Shown here: piece by piece, positions 42,699-54,100 of the stretch | Layout: each line of letters opens with the position of its first letter | Position numbering within the stretch: the first letter of the stretch is position 1 | Source of the DNA: Prasinococcaceae sp. CCMP 1430 | Lineage: Eukaryota; Plantae; Prasinodermophyta | Length of the DNA: 64,000 nucleotides | Reading direction: 5' to 3' | Assembly: GCA_013416795.1 (NCBI GenBank) | Contig: RQSC01001262.1 | Span: 1 to 64,000, forward strand | Program-made: the position numbers and the translations under genes | The notes under the pieces: model-generated | The model's input: the letters and a program-made list of their open reading frames with translations, nothing else | The model's database searches: none | Told to the model about the DNA's origin: nothing

Positions 42699-44153
42699 TC
42701 AGAGAAGGTGAGCCATCAGATGGGCCAGACTTGCATGCATAGGATTCAAAAGTGCATCTGGATAAATTCCAAAGAAAACAGCCCCACTCAAAAGAGGAAG
42801 GAGAAGAGCAAGTTCCCGCCGATTGACATCCGCATGTGCTTTGAGTGCCCAAGGCTTTGGGAGTCCAAAAATAATTCGGTTACACACCCAGAGTTGGTAT
42901 GCACCACCAAGGATCATTCCAAGAGCACCTCCAAAGGCAAGAACCGAGCTTACACTGAAACACCCGCAGAGCACCAAAAACTCTCCGACAAAGGAAACTG
43001 TTCCTGGGAGACCAATGTTTGCCATAGAAAGAAAGACAAAGATTGCTCCAAAAAGAGGCATTGTAAGGACGAGACCTCCGTAGTAGTGTACCAATCGAGT
43101 CTTATATCGGTCATACAAGGCTCCAATCATCACAAAAAGGGCAGAACTGACAAATCCGTGTCCCAACATGAGGAAAAGAGCTCCTTCAACCCCTGTCTGA
43201 GTCAAACTAAAGATTCCAAGAGTGACAACCCCCATGTGTGCAACCGAGGAATAGGCAATGATTTTCTTCAAGTCAATTTGTCGGATGGTTGTCAAGGAAG
43301 TATACACAATAGCAGCCAAACTCAGGGTACAGACCAAGGGACTGAAGTACACACAGGCGTCTGGCAAAAGGGGAAGAGAGAGTCGAAGGAATCCGTACCC
43401 TCCGAGCTTCAGCATAATTCCAGCAAGAAAGACAGACCCTCCAGTCGGTGCCTCAACGTGGGCCTCGGGCAACCACACATGCATAGGGACCATAGGAATC
43501 TTGACTCCAAAGGCAACAAAAAAGGCCAACCATACAAGAAGCTGGCGTTCAAAGGAGAGTTCACAATTCGCAAGAACAGTAAGGTCGGTTGTTCCCGCCT
43601 CAGTTGCCAGAAGAACAAGGGCAAGAAGCATAAGGACAGACCCAGCCAAGGTGTACAGGAAAAACATGTAGGCTGCTTGAATCTTTCGAGATCGAGATCC
43701 CCAAACCCCGATAATCACATACATTGGAATAAGGACAGCCTCGAAAAAGATATAAAACATCAAAAGATCCAAACTCAGAAAGACTCCCAGAGTAAGGCTT
43801 TCCAAAACAAGGAAAGCAATGAAATAGTCTTTCACACCATAATTCAACGTCCATCCTGCAAGAAGGCAAAGAGGAACCAAAAGGGTGGTCAAAAGAACCA
43901 AAAAGATTGAGATTCCATCGATCCCAAGAATAAAGTTGATCCCGTATTCTTGGAGGTAAGGAAAGGTGGTCACCATTTGGTACTTCGGGGTCGCACTATT
44001 AAATTGGGTGTACACTCCAAGGGAAGCAACCAAGGTTGCACAGGACGCGCTAAGGCCAACAATTTTTTGGGTTTCCACACGGTCTGCGGGAAGAAGGAGG
44101 ATGAGTCCTACACCGAGAAGGGGAAGAAAAAGCAAGACTGGTAGAAGAAACAT
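42699..44153 (-). CDS. nad4: NADH dehydrogenase subunit 4
   Basis: KIPMVPMHVWLPEAHVEAP; KKIIAYSSVAHM. Confidence 0.97.
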   Translation of the reverse strand: MFLLPVLLFLPLLGVGLILLLPADRVETQKIVGLSASCATLVASLGVYTQFNSATPKYQMVTTFPYLQEYGINFILGIDGISIFLVLLTTLLVPLCLLAGWTLNYGVKDYFIAFLVLESLTLGVFLSLDLLMFYIFFEAVLIPMYVIIGVWGSRSRKIQAAYMFFLYTLAGSVLMLLALVLLATEAGTTDLTVLANCELSFERQLLVWLAFFVAFGVKIPMVPMHVWLPEAHVEAPTGGSVFLAGIMLKLGGYGFLRLSLPLLPDACVYFSPLVCTLSLAAIVYTSLTTIRQIDLKKIIAYSSVAHMGVVTLGIFSLTQTGVEGALFLMLGHGFVSSALFVMIGALYDRYKTRLVHYYGGLVLTMPLFGAIFVFLSMANIGLPGTVSFVGEFLVLCGCFSVSSVLAFGGALGMILGGAYQLWVCNRIIFGLPKPWALKAHADVNRRELALLLPLLSGAVFFGIYPDALLNPMHASLAHLMAHLL

Positions 44154-44233
44154 ACAAGAAAGCAAAAAGGAAAGGGTTTCTCAGTGCACCAAAAAAGGTT
44201 TGTTTTTCAAAGAAACCAAAAAAAAAAGAGAAC

Positions 44234-46255
44234 TCAGACTGCAAGTCCAAGAAGACTGATTCCTGCCAACAAAAGAGCAAAACCTTCGTCTGGACCGAAT
44301 CCAAGAGAAAGAACCCCTGAAGCTGGTCCAAGAAGACTCAGAAGAAGAAGAATCAGACAAAAGGCAAGAACAGATGCGTAATGTGGAAGACTTGTCCAGG
44401 ATCGAAGTCGAAGCACTGGAAGAAGAGACCCTGCACTAAACTTTGCACCCGTTGGACCAAAGACTTCAAGAAGACCTTTATCAATGGTCTTGAAGGTCAC
44501 GTGGTATCCGAAGAAAAGAGCAGTCCACCCGAAGACTTCAGCATAAATTTTATCAATAAACCATCGCTTGTTTGTGAAAATATAAAAAGTCCGAACACTC
44601 TGACTTCGAGTAAGGGCTGCCAGTGCCATCTTTCGAAGGGGACCAAGGTGTACAAGGTAGGCCAAGGTTGCGCCAAGGGTGGTTGCAATCAAAGGTGCAA
44701 CCTTCGCTGAAAGCGGAACAAGCTCAGCCTCGAACCCTTGGGTCAGCCCTCCAGCAGCAACCAGAGACCCTCCCCAAAAGGGAGTCCCCAACCCAGTGAA
44801 GGCTTCTTTCAATCCTTCTGCTCCAAAAATCGAACAGGTTGTAAGAACCAACAAAGGAATAAGAATAGTCCAGGATCCTTCATGGGCAAGAAGAATACCA
44901 GCCTTTGAAGTTCGACTCTCTCCCCAGAAAACCATAAAGAGAAGGCGAAAGGAATAGTACGAAGTACAGAAGGCTGCAAAAATTCCAAGAAGGTAGGCCA
45001 GAAGTCCGGTTGCCATCCCACGGGAATAGGCAGCTTCAAGAACAAGGTCCTTTGAATAAAAGGCTCCAAGGTAAGGAAATCCAACCAAAGCGAGACTTCC
45101 AACAACCATACATGCGTAGGTAAGAGGAAGGAGACGGGCGAGTCCTCCCATCTTTCGCATATCTTGTTCTCCTCCAATCGCATGAATCACAGATCCAGCA
45201 CAAAGGAAAAGAAGGGCTTTAAAGAAAGCGTGAATGATCATGTGATAGAGAGCAACCGCGTACGCACCAACTCCTGCTGCAAACACCATATATCCCAGCT
45301 GACTACAGGTTGAGTAGGCAATCACTCGCTTCATATCATTCTGGGTCAGCCCAGTCACGGCTCCAAGAAGGGCGGTGGTTGCCCCTACAACGGTGGCAAC
45401 CTGAAGGGCGATCGGTGCATACGCAAGAAGAGGGCTGACTCGTGCCAAAAGAAAGACCCCAGCAGTAACCATGGTCGCAGCGTGAATCAAGGCTGAAACA
45501 GGGGTCGGTCCTTCCATCGCATCAGGAAGCCAGGTGTGAAGGCCAACCTGTGCGGACTTTCCAATCGCACCAATAAAAAGAAGGCAGCCAATCGCTGTCA
45601 ACGCATGAACCTCGTACCCAAAAAAGATAAGAAGGTCTTCTGCATGAAGGTGTGCAGTGCTGAAAACAGTGGCATAGTCCAAAGACTTGAAAAGGGCATA
45701 AATCCCAAAAATTCCAAGGGCCAAACCAACGTCTCCAACTCGGTTCATAATCATTGCTTTAATCGAAGCCTTATTTGCTTGTGCCCGAGTAAACCAAAAG
45801 TTGATAAGAAGGTAGGATGCAAGACCAACACCTTCCCATCCAAGGAAAAGAATAAGAAAGTTATCCCCTGTGACCAAAAGCATCATAAAGATAGTAAAGG
45901 TCGACAAGTAGGTCATGAAACGTGGAAGGTGGGGATCCGCACTCATATACCCAATAGAATACAAATGAACCAAGCTTGAAACCCCAGTAATCATGCAAAG
46001 CATAACCATTGTAAGGGTGTCAAAAAGGAAGCCCCATTGTGCATCAAAGGCCTCGGAGTGGACCCATCGCCCAAGAGTCAGTGTACAAGGGGACCCACCA
46101 TATCCGACCTCGTACAAACCGATAAAACTGAGAAGAGCAGAAAGGGCGACCGCAGTCGTGGTGAGAAGAGCTGTTCCTCGACCTCCCATGGCTCGTCCAA
46201 AGAAGCAGCCAAAAAGAGTTCCAAGAGTGGGAAGCAAGAGAAGAACCAGATACAT
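44234..46255 (-). CDS. nad5: NADH dehydrogenase subunit 5
   Basis: KSAQVGLHTWLPDAMEGPTPVSALIHAATMVTAG. Confidence 0.97.
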   Translation of the reverse strand: MYLVLLLLPTLGTLFGCFFGRAMGGRGTALLTTTAVALSALLSFIGLYEVGYGGSPCTLTLGRWVHSEAFDAQWGFLFDTLTMVMLCMITGVSSLVHLYSIGYMSADPHLPRFMTYLSTFTIFMMLLVTGDNFLILFLGWEGVGLASYLLINFWFTRAQANKASIKAMIMNRVGDVGLALGIFGIYALFKSLDYATVFSTAHLHAEDLLIFFGYEVHALTAIGCLLFIGAIGKSAQVGLHTWLPDAMEGPTPVSALIHAATMVTAGVFLLARVSPLLAYAPIALQVATVVGATTALLGAVTGLTQNDMKRVIAYSTCSQLGYMVFAAGVGAYAVALYHMIIHAFFKALLFLCAGSVIHAIGGEQDMRKMGGLARLLPLTYACMVVGSLALVGFPYLGAFYSKDLVLEAAYSRGMATGLLAYLLGIFAAFCTSYYSFRLLFMVFWGESRTSKAGILLAHEGSWTILIPLLVLTTCSIFGAEGLKEAFTGLGTPFWGGSLVAAGGLTQGFEAELVPLSAKVAPLIATTLGATLAYLVHLGPLRKMALAALTRSQSVRTFYIFTNKRWFIDKIYAEVFGWTALFFGYHVTFKTIDKGLLEVFGPTGAKFSAGSLLPVLRLRSWTSLPHYASVLAFCLILLLLSLLGPASGVLSLGFGPDEGFALLLAGISLLGLAV

Positions 46256-46344
46256 AGTGAAAAAAAAAATGGTCTCCAAACCATGGTTGGTTTGATTGTG
46301 TGCCACCCTCCAAAAAATCTGTGGGTGGTCTAGGGTGAAGGTGA

Positions 46345-46417
46345 GAGCAGCACCTGGATTCGAACCAGGACACTCGAGGTCATGAGCCTCGCAGCCTTCC
46401 AATTGGCCCATGCTGCC
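46345..46417 (-). tRNA. trnM: tRNA-Met(CAU), copy 2
   Basis: Reverse complement of 37873-37945. Confidence 0.85.
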
Positions 46418-46503
46418 GTGTCTCAGTCTTTGAAAGAAACCCTCTCTTTCTTTGACCGTATGGGAAAAAAGACACATATTTGACCATATGGGAAAAGAAA
46501 GGT

Positions 46504-47496
46504 TTACATTGGAAGAGCGTTCAATCCAAGAAGAAGACCACTCAACATACAGACCCATCCAAGGGAAAGAGGGAGGAAGACCTTCCACCCAAGGGCCATA
46601 AGTTGGTCATATCGGTATCGAGGAAGACTGGCTCGAACCCAAATATACCCAAGAAGAAGGAAGAGGGTTTTGACTGCATACCAGAACCCTCCAGGAATCA
46701 TGGTCAAAGGAAAGACCATAAGAGGAGGGTGCCACCCACCAAGGAAGAGAAGGACAAGAAGGGCAGACATGAGAATCATGTTTGCATACTCTCCAAGAAA
46801 GAAGAGGGCAAACCCCATAGACCCGTATTCAACGTTGTACCCTGCAACCAACTCCGCCTCCGCTTCTGGAAGGTCAAAGGGTGCTCGATTCGTTTCCGCA
46901 AGACAAGAAATGAAGAAAAGAAGAGCAATAGGGAAGAGAGGGAGGACAAGCCAGACTTCCTCCTGGGCTTTCACAATAGAAGCAATTTGAAGAGACCCTG
47001 TACAGAGAAGGACGGAAATCAAAATAAGTCCAATAGAAACCTCATAGGAAACCATCTGTGCGGTCGATCGGAGGGCTCCAAGAAAGGCATACTTTGAGTT
47101 CGATGCCCACCCTGCAATAATGATTCCATACACCCCCAAAGACCCTGTTGCAAAAATATACAAAATTCCAAGATCAAGGTCCACAAGAACAGCATCCTCT
47201 GAAAGAGGAAGAGCAGCCCACCCCATCATTGCAAAAATAAAGGTAAGGACTGGGGCGGCAACAAAAAGGTGAATATCTGAAAGGGTAGGAAGGGCAGCCT
47301 CTTTCACAAGAAGCTTCAAAGCATCCGCAAGGGGCTGGAAAAGCCCCCAGAGACCAACCACATCCGGCCCCTTTCGTCGTTGCATGGCCCCCATAATCTT
47401 TCGCTCTGCAAGGGTAAGGTAGGCAACCGCAATCAACAAAGGAAGAAGAAGACCAAGAATCTGGGTAAGTTGGAAGACAAAGGTAAGAAGTGTCAT
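46504..47496 (-). CDS. nad1: NADH dehydrogenase subunit 1, copy 2
   Basis: Translation identical to copy 1. Confidence 0.97.
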   Translation of the reverse strand: MTLLTFVFQLTQILGLLLPLLIAVAYLTLAERKIMGAMQRRKGPDVVGLWGLFQPLADALKLLVKEAALPTLSDIHLFVAAPVLTFIFAMMGWAALPLSEDAVLVDLDLGILYIFATGSLGVYGIIIAGWASNSKYAFLGALRSTAQMVSYEVSIGLILISVLLCTGSLQIASIVKAQEEVWLVLPLFPIALLFFISCLAETNRAPFDLPEAEAELVAGYNVEYGSMGFALFFLGEYANMILMSALLVLLFLGGWHPPLMVFPLTMIPGGFWYAVKTLFLLLGYIWVRASLPRYRYDQLMALGWKVFLPLSLGWVCMLSGLLLGLNALPM

Positions 47497-47643
47497 TCAG
47501 TCAAAGAAAGAAAAAGGAGACTGGTGGAAGCTTTCTTTCTGTACAAAAGAAAAAGAAAGGGAAACACAAGAAAAAAGACTGAGTTTTTCAGAAAAAAGAG
47601 TCTGAAAAAAGAAAGACTTCCTTTCTTTCCTGCTCCCTACGGG

Positions 47644-47862
47644 ATCAATAAACCATCGCTTGTTTGTGAAAATATAAAAAGTCCGAACACTCTGACTTCG
47701 AGTAAGGGCTGCCAGTGCCATCTTTCGAAGGGGACCAAGGTGTACAAGGTAGGCCAAGGTTGCGCCAAGGGTGGTTGCAATCAAAGGTGCAACCTTCGCT
47801 GAAAGCGGAACAAGCTCAGCCTCGAACCCTTGGGTCAGCCCTCCAGCAGCAACCAGAGACCC
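47644..47862 (-). pseudogene. nad5: 219-bp internal nad5 fragment, direct repeat of 44552-44770
   Basis: Aligned by hand at constant offset 3092. Confidence 0.92.
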
Positions 47863-48220
47863 CCCCCGCTGCTCTCAGGCCCGCCCCGCGCCACCCGCCA
47901 ACCGTTAGGGTCCAAAATAAAACCCTTAATGAGGTCTTAACCCTAACCCCAACGCCGGGCGGGACCCCCTGCGGCGGCCTTTTTTTTTGCGCGCGTTTTT
48001 CTTCGGTATTTTACGCGGCGAGATTTCGTGAGTTTGCATGTGAATTCGCGGCGTCGTTCCGGAAAAAGGCGGAAAATGCGCGAGGAAAAAACGAGCGGAT
48101 AAGACGGCGCTGCGGCGGGGGTGCCACAGGGGCACGCGCTGCGGGCGGGGTGTGTGGGGGGCGAGGGGGGGGGAGGGAGCGAGGGAGGTGTGAGGGGCGC
48201 CCGCCTTTCGCGCGGTGAGG

Positions 48221-49055
48221 ATGGCCGCGCGCGCGGTGCGCGCCGCGGGCGCGGGCGCACGGGGGCGCCGGTCGGCGGCGGGGCGCGGGGACAGCAGGGG
48301 GTGCAGCGTCGCGCAGCGGGCGCGATGGGCGCAGCGGGGGTTGCAATGCTCTCTGCCGCCGCGCCCGCGCGCGCCGACGCGCCCGCGCAAACGCCAGAGG
48401 AGATACGCAAACAGATTGAGGCGCTGCAGAGCCAGCTCGACAGCCTCAAGCAGCAGACGCCCCCTGCGCTCGAGATCGCCGCCGCCGACGCAACCGCGCC
48501 AGCCGTCGAGGTGGACGCGGCCGACGCGGCCGCGCCGGCTTCCGACTCTGTCGTCTACGAGCCGCCAGCGGAGGCGCCGTACGTCGATATGAAGACGTAC
48601 AAGCTCAGCGAGGACTCCGTGGAGATCATTGACGGCGTGCCCAACACCGCGGGTGGCCTCGCCGTGCAGGTGCGTGCGGCTGCGCGGCCTTGACTCGCTG
48701 GGCGTTCCGTGTGCTGCGCGGGGGCGTGCGAGGAGCGCCCGAAGAGAGAGCGCAGCGCACGTGCGCGAGGAATGGGGCTGACAGAGCGCACACCCACGTC
48801 ACCTCTTGCGAACGCGTGCGTGCGCTTCCGCAGGCGGGGCTCGTCCTGGGCTTCCTGCTGCTGATCGGCACCACCGCGGGCGTGGCATACCTAAACTTTC
48901 AGGGCTGGCAGGACGAGAGGGAGATCAAGAAGATGAACGAGCAGTTTCAGTTCGACAAGGCCATCGGCGACGCCGGGCTCAAGGCCGGCGAAGGCGACTC
49001 GCAGAAGAAGCAGCGTTCGATCTCGAAGAAGGGTAGGGGATTCGGTGGGAAGTAA
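48221..49055 (+). CDS. hypothetical single-pass protein, possibly thylakoid-targeted; intron 48670-48833; 5' structure uncertain
   Basis: RR plus hydrophobic stretch plus ARA|D signal-like motif; GT-AG intron restores frame; one TM helix; KKGRGFG tail. Confidence 0.6.
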
Positions 49056-49112
49056 GAGGGTTTTGGCATGTGAGCACACACACAGTTACATCGCGACGCC
49101 CTCCGTACATTA

Positions 49113-49146
<34 letters not shown>

Positions 49147-49227
49147 TGTCTTCGTCTGTTTCTCCGTCCCTGTACCCCCCCGCCCCCCCCCGTCTCTTCC
49201 TCCTCGTCTTTTTGCGTCTACTCTCAC

Positions 49228-50154
49228 TCACTTGCCCCCCTCCGCTGCGAAGCCCCTGCCGGCCCCGAAGAGCCGCGCGTACGCCTCGCCGCTGACCAGG
49301 CTGTTGCCGTCCGGCGGCGCCAGCCGCGGCGCCGACGAGGCGCGCTCCTCGGCGAGGATCGCCGCGGCGTGTGCCTTGATGCGCTCCATCTTGCCGCCGT
49401 ACGCCCAGTCGTACTGGTAAGCCGTCACGAAGCTGGGCGTGCGTGTGTGTGCATGCGCGTGTCCAGGCGTGCCATGTGCGCGCCCAAGTGCATGCACGCG
49501 CAAGCGAGTAAGTGGGAGCGTGAGTGAGTGCGCGTGTGCATGCGTGCGTGTGCACACACGCGCGACACGCGCAAGTGGAGGGTCAGCCTGAGTGGGGGCC
49601 GGGAGACTGTGATGCACTCGCACGAGGTGAGGGCGGCCCAGGCTCGTCGGCCCGTTCTCGCGCAACAGGGCATGCATGGCGCCCCCGTGCCCGCCCGCGC
49701 GCCCTCTAGCACGCGCCCACCGACGCACCTGAGCGGCACGGCCGCCACTCCCCCGCCGGGCCCTTGGCCGCGCGCGATGCCGGCCGCGCCGATGAGCAGC
49801 GCCGTACACAGGCCGCAGCCCAGCCACGGCAGCAGCTCTCGCGCGCCGGCTATCTGCAGCGCCATCTGTTTGTTTTGGCGCGCGCGCGCACGCGTTCGCA
49901 GGTGTCCGCGGCGGCGACAAGCGGTATGTGCGCGTGCGCGCCAGTGTGTCAGTCCGTCACACGCACCGGCACGCGCTCGCGCGAGCTCGCGCGCGAGCAC
50001 GCGGGCGCCGAGGTCACCGGCGCTACGGCGCACGCCTCTCTCTCTCTCTCTTCCCCCCCCCGCGTGCACGCACCTGCGTCTCCCTGACTTTCAGCTGCAT
50101 CTCTCGCTGGCCCTCGATCATGCCCTTGGGGATGGCGCTCAGCGCGTTGCCCAT
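49228..50154 (-). CDS. PLGRKT (plasminogen receptor KT, DUF2368) family protein; exons 50154-50074, 49865-49729, 49432-49228
   Basis: Spliced MGNALSAIPKGMIEGQREMQLKVRETQ-MALQIAGARELLPW...VPLSFVTAYQYDWAYGGKMERIK matches remembered family motifs MQIAWSRE and PLSF..YQYD.GYG..ER; all junctions GT-AG and in frame. Confidence 0.75.
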
Positions 50155-50939
50155 GGCTGGCGTGCGGCGCGGGGCCGCAGTCCACGTGCGCGTGTGCGCG
50201 CGCGCGCGCCTGCGCCGTGTTCAGAGTGTCCACCAGAGTGCCGCACAGCAGTCAATGTCAACGGGTCCTGCGGAGCCGGGCGCGTGCGCGCGCGCGTGAG
50301 AGCGCCAACGTGCGTGAGCGAGCCAAGCAGAGGCGCCAGGCGCGCGGCGCGCGCGCTTGCGCACCCCCGCGCGAGCGCGCTCGCTACGGGCATGCCCAAG
50401 CCGTCCAGCGGGAGGTGGATGGGGTTGGTGCCCAGCCAGCCAGGCCGCACTCGCGCACCCGATCCGAACGCGCGCGCTAAAACGAGTTCGCACCGCCGGC
50501 GCGACCACCCGCTCAGGCTCGAGGCTCGAGTCCCGAGGCTCCCGCCGCGTGCGGCGCGCCGCGCGTTTCCACGCCCACCCATCCGTCCGCCCGCCCTCGG
50601 CGCACGCCGCGCGCGCGCACACCTCTGTCCCTGTACCCAGACAGGACGGCCCGCCGCCGCGCGGTTCGCGTATGGCGCGCGCGCTGCTGGCTGGCGCTGC
50701 CGTCTCATTGAACACATTGGCGGTCTAACACGTGTGTGTGTATGTGCGTGTGTGTGTGTGTTTGTGCATGTGTGTGTGTGTGCATGTGTGTGTGCATGTG
50801 TGTGTGTGTGTATGCGTGTTTGTAGGCGCGCGCGCGTGGCCGACACACTCGAAAAGTGTGCGTGTTCTGTGCGTGCTGTCGTGAGCGTATCGAATTCACA
50901 GAAGCCGAACGTGCGGAACTCTGCGAGTAACGGCACACG

Positions 50940-50945
50940 CACGCA

Positions 50946-51007
<62 letters not shown>

Positions 51008-51021
51008 CACACACACACACA
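50940..51021 (+). repeat. (CA)n microsatellite; degenerate (GT)n also at 50730-50820
   Basis: Read directly. Confidence 0.9.
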
Positions 51022-51162
51022 CGCCGCCGCGCGGTGGGCTCCCACGATGCGGTGCGTTGATGGTTTTATTACACGTCGTTTTGCGGGTTGTATATACAGT
51101 ACATGTACAGATTTTGCGGGGAGGGCACGCGCGCTCTCGCGCAGCCCCCTGCCGACGCTCCG

Positions 51163-54100
51163 CTAGTCGCTGAGGTTGAGCAGCGCGGCGACCCCGCGCA
51201 GCGTCCAGTGGTCCTCGTCCTTGTCGCTGGGGACGCGCATGTCCATGACGAAGTTGGAGCTGTGGCCCGTGGTGGCGAGCACGCCCCGGCGCTCCACCGT
51301 GCGGTAGACGGGCATGGCGTAGTGCGGCGCCGGCTGGATGTCCGCGGCCCTCATGGGCACGAGGCGCACGACGGGCATGGCGGAGAAGAGCACCTTGGCC
51401 TCCGACTCGGCGAGCATCATCGTGGACTTGTCGAAGCGCGCGCCCTCCAGGAAGAGGCCGTTGACGTAGGCGCCGTCGTCGGGCTTCTCCGCGTACGAGT
51501 CCTCGGGCATCATCTCGAAGTCCCACGAGCACGTGTCGATGGGGATGGTGTACTTGCGCGCGTAGTTCTGCATGACGCCGGTGAGGAAGGCCTGCGTGAA
51601 GAAGAAGTTGCTCAGGTTGAACATGGGCGGCGCGCCGTTCTCCAGCCACGCGTCCAGCATCGCCAGGCGCTCCATGAGGTTGGCGAAGTAGGAGCTCAGC
51701 GGCTTGAGGCTCGGGTACGACTTCTTGAGCCACAGCTCGGGCGTCCTGTTGTTGTACATGGCGTTGTACACGCCCTCCATCTCGCTGCTCATCACGCTCA
51801 GCCCCTTGAGCGCCTTCTGAACCTCCCTGAGGCTCGAGCGGATGACGCTCGTCAGCCGGTTGAAGCGCACGAGCTCCTGCACCAGCACCGAGTTCATCGA
51901 CTCCTCGTACAGCACGGGAAACTTGAAGCGCGCGACCTCGAGGTCGAAGTCGGCCGGCAGGCGGCGCTCGAGGTCGGCCGCGAGCTCCCCCACGATCGAC
52001 TCGGGGCTCTGCCCCCCGCCGCCGCTGCTGCTGCCCAGCGTGTTCAGGATGGAGCCGAGCATGAGGTCGACCTCCTGCTGGTCCTTGGTGATGCTCGCGT
52101 TGGCGTGCAGCCCGAACACACCGGGCGTGGGGATCTGCGGCAGCCCGCGGATGAAGCCCAGCACCGACTCGTAGTCGTTCTCGGGCGGCGCGCGATAGAC
52201 GTCCGAGTCGGCCGTCAGCCGGTAGTCGGGGTCAGCGTAGATGCGCTCGGTGAAGAAGATGCGCATGATGGCCATGAGCGTGGTCCTGTCGTGGTCGTCC
52301 GTGACGCGCCCGCCGTAGTTGCACTCGCCCACGAGGTACGACAGCGCCTTCAGCGGCACCTCGTCCTGCTCGTTGATGAACATCTGCAGCTGGCGCATGG
52401 AGATCTTGAGGTCGGGGTCGTTGAAGCCATAGGGGATGTTCCAGCCGAGGGGGCCGTACTTCTTGCGCTCCTGCACGAAGGCGTGGAAGAAGCACAGCCC
52501 GAAGAGCAGCGCGCAGAAGGGGCGCACCTTGGTGCCCTCGCAGCCCAGGTAGAACTCGTCCGTCTTGACGGGGTCGGCGATGTACGACTGCATGATGTTG
52601 GCGCGGAGCCCTGTGGGGGGCTCGTTGGTCATCTTGACGCCGTTCTGCAGAATTGCCACAGGAAAGTGCTCAGACGGGTACGACGTGAGCCACAGCCGGA
52701 AGTCGGGGTTCGTGTTCTCCGCGGTGATGCCCTCGCAGATGCGCTCTAGCGTGGGCATCCACGACACGGCGAGGTGGCAGTTCTGCAGCACCACCCAGCC
52801 GCCGCTCTCCTGCGCCTCCGAAATGAGCTTGGCGGCGATTGGTCCCTGGCCCTGCCCCAGGCTGATGCTCTCCACCTTCTTCTTCTCCTGGTCGGCGAAG
52901 GCGAGCAGCGCGGTCATCGGGTCCGAGCCCGGCGACAGAACGAACACGAGTGGCGTTATGGCCGTCGAATCGCCGTATGACTGGGCGAGGTCGAAAGGCG
53001 GGGGCTCCACGTACTTTTGGCCGAGCTCCTCCTGCACGTAGGCGTGCACCGCGCTGGTGAGCTTGTCCGGCCGCACCGTGCGAAGCACCAGGGCGCGCTC
53101 GAACGCGTTAAGCGAGCTCTGGAGCGGCTCGGGCAGCGGCACCGTGTGCGGCGACGCGCTGTCGTAAATGCGGAAGAAGGCGTCGGGATGCTTCGCGAAC
53201 ACCGCGGGGTACTCGGCAAACGCCGGGAAGGCGGCGAGGCGGTTGATCTCACCCCACGCCTTGTCGGACAGCCACGCGGCGGGCTTGGGCGGCAGCTCCT
53301 TGTCGGTTGGGATGCCACCCGTCACGAAGAAGCGGAACAGGTCGGGTGACATCCTGCCCTTGTACACCTCAATGGTCTTGAGCAGCGTGAACGAGTACAG
53401 CAGCTTGTCCTTCTCGAAGAGCGACCTGCAGATCTGGCAGTACAACGAGTACTGGAAGAACGAGTTCAGCGATGCAATGCGCTCATTCAAGTCATCGCTC
53501 TTGTCGGAGTCCGCGATGGCGTTGACAAAGAGCGCCAGGTACCAAGCCAGCGAGTACTGGTACATTGGCTCGATGTTGGCGAGGTCGGAGATGTTGAAGA
53601 AAAGTTGCGCGCTGTGGAGCGCCACGGGCTCGTAGCGCGCGCGCGTTTCGTCGATGTTCTGCTCGGTCTTGCGCGCCTGCACCTGCTTGGTGGCGATGTC
53701 GTTGGAGAGCGCCTTGGAGCTCGAGATGACGTCAATTGCCGTCTCATCCTCGAGGATGTTACCCTCAGAGCTGGACAGCACGCTGATGATCTGATCCTCG
53801 ATCTCCTTGAGCTGTCGGTTGTTCTCGGCGCTCTGCACGACCAGCTCGCGCTTCTGCTCCTCGAGGTCGGGGCGCTCCTTGGCGACCACCACGCCGAGTA
53901 GCTGTTTGGGGTCGGGGGAAGGGGCGGGGGCCGGGGATGGGGTTGTGTGGGAGGCGTCGCGTCAGTCGCTCGTTCCAAGCCCGGGGCAGCTGTTTTGGCA
54001 CGCGGGCGCGCCGAGGAAGGGCCCTAAGGCCTAGCCCCGAATACGAAACCCTCACCTGATCCTGGAGCCCCTCTGGAGTAATCATGAAGCACAACAGGTT

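Noticed and set aside
42708-43910. Long antisense ORFs in the mitochondrial block (also 37193-37810, 38035-38613, 28972-29574, 46480-47097) as genes
   Set aside because: In codon register with real genes and explained by avoidance of TTA/CTA/TCA; no recognisable domains.
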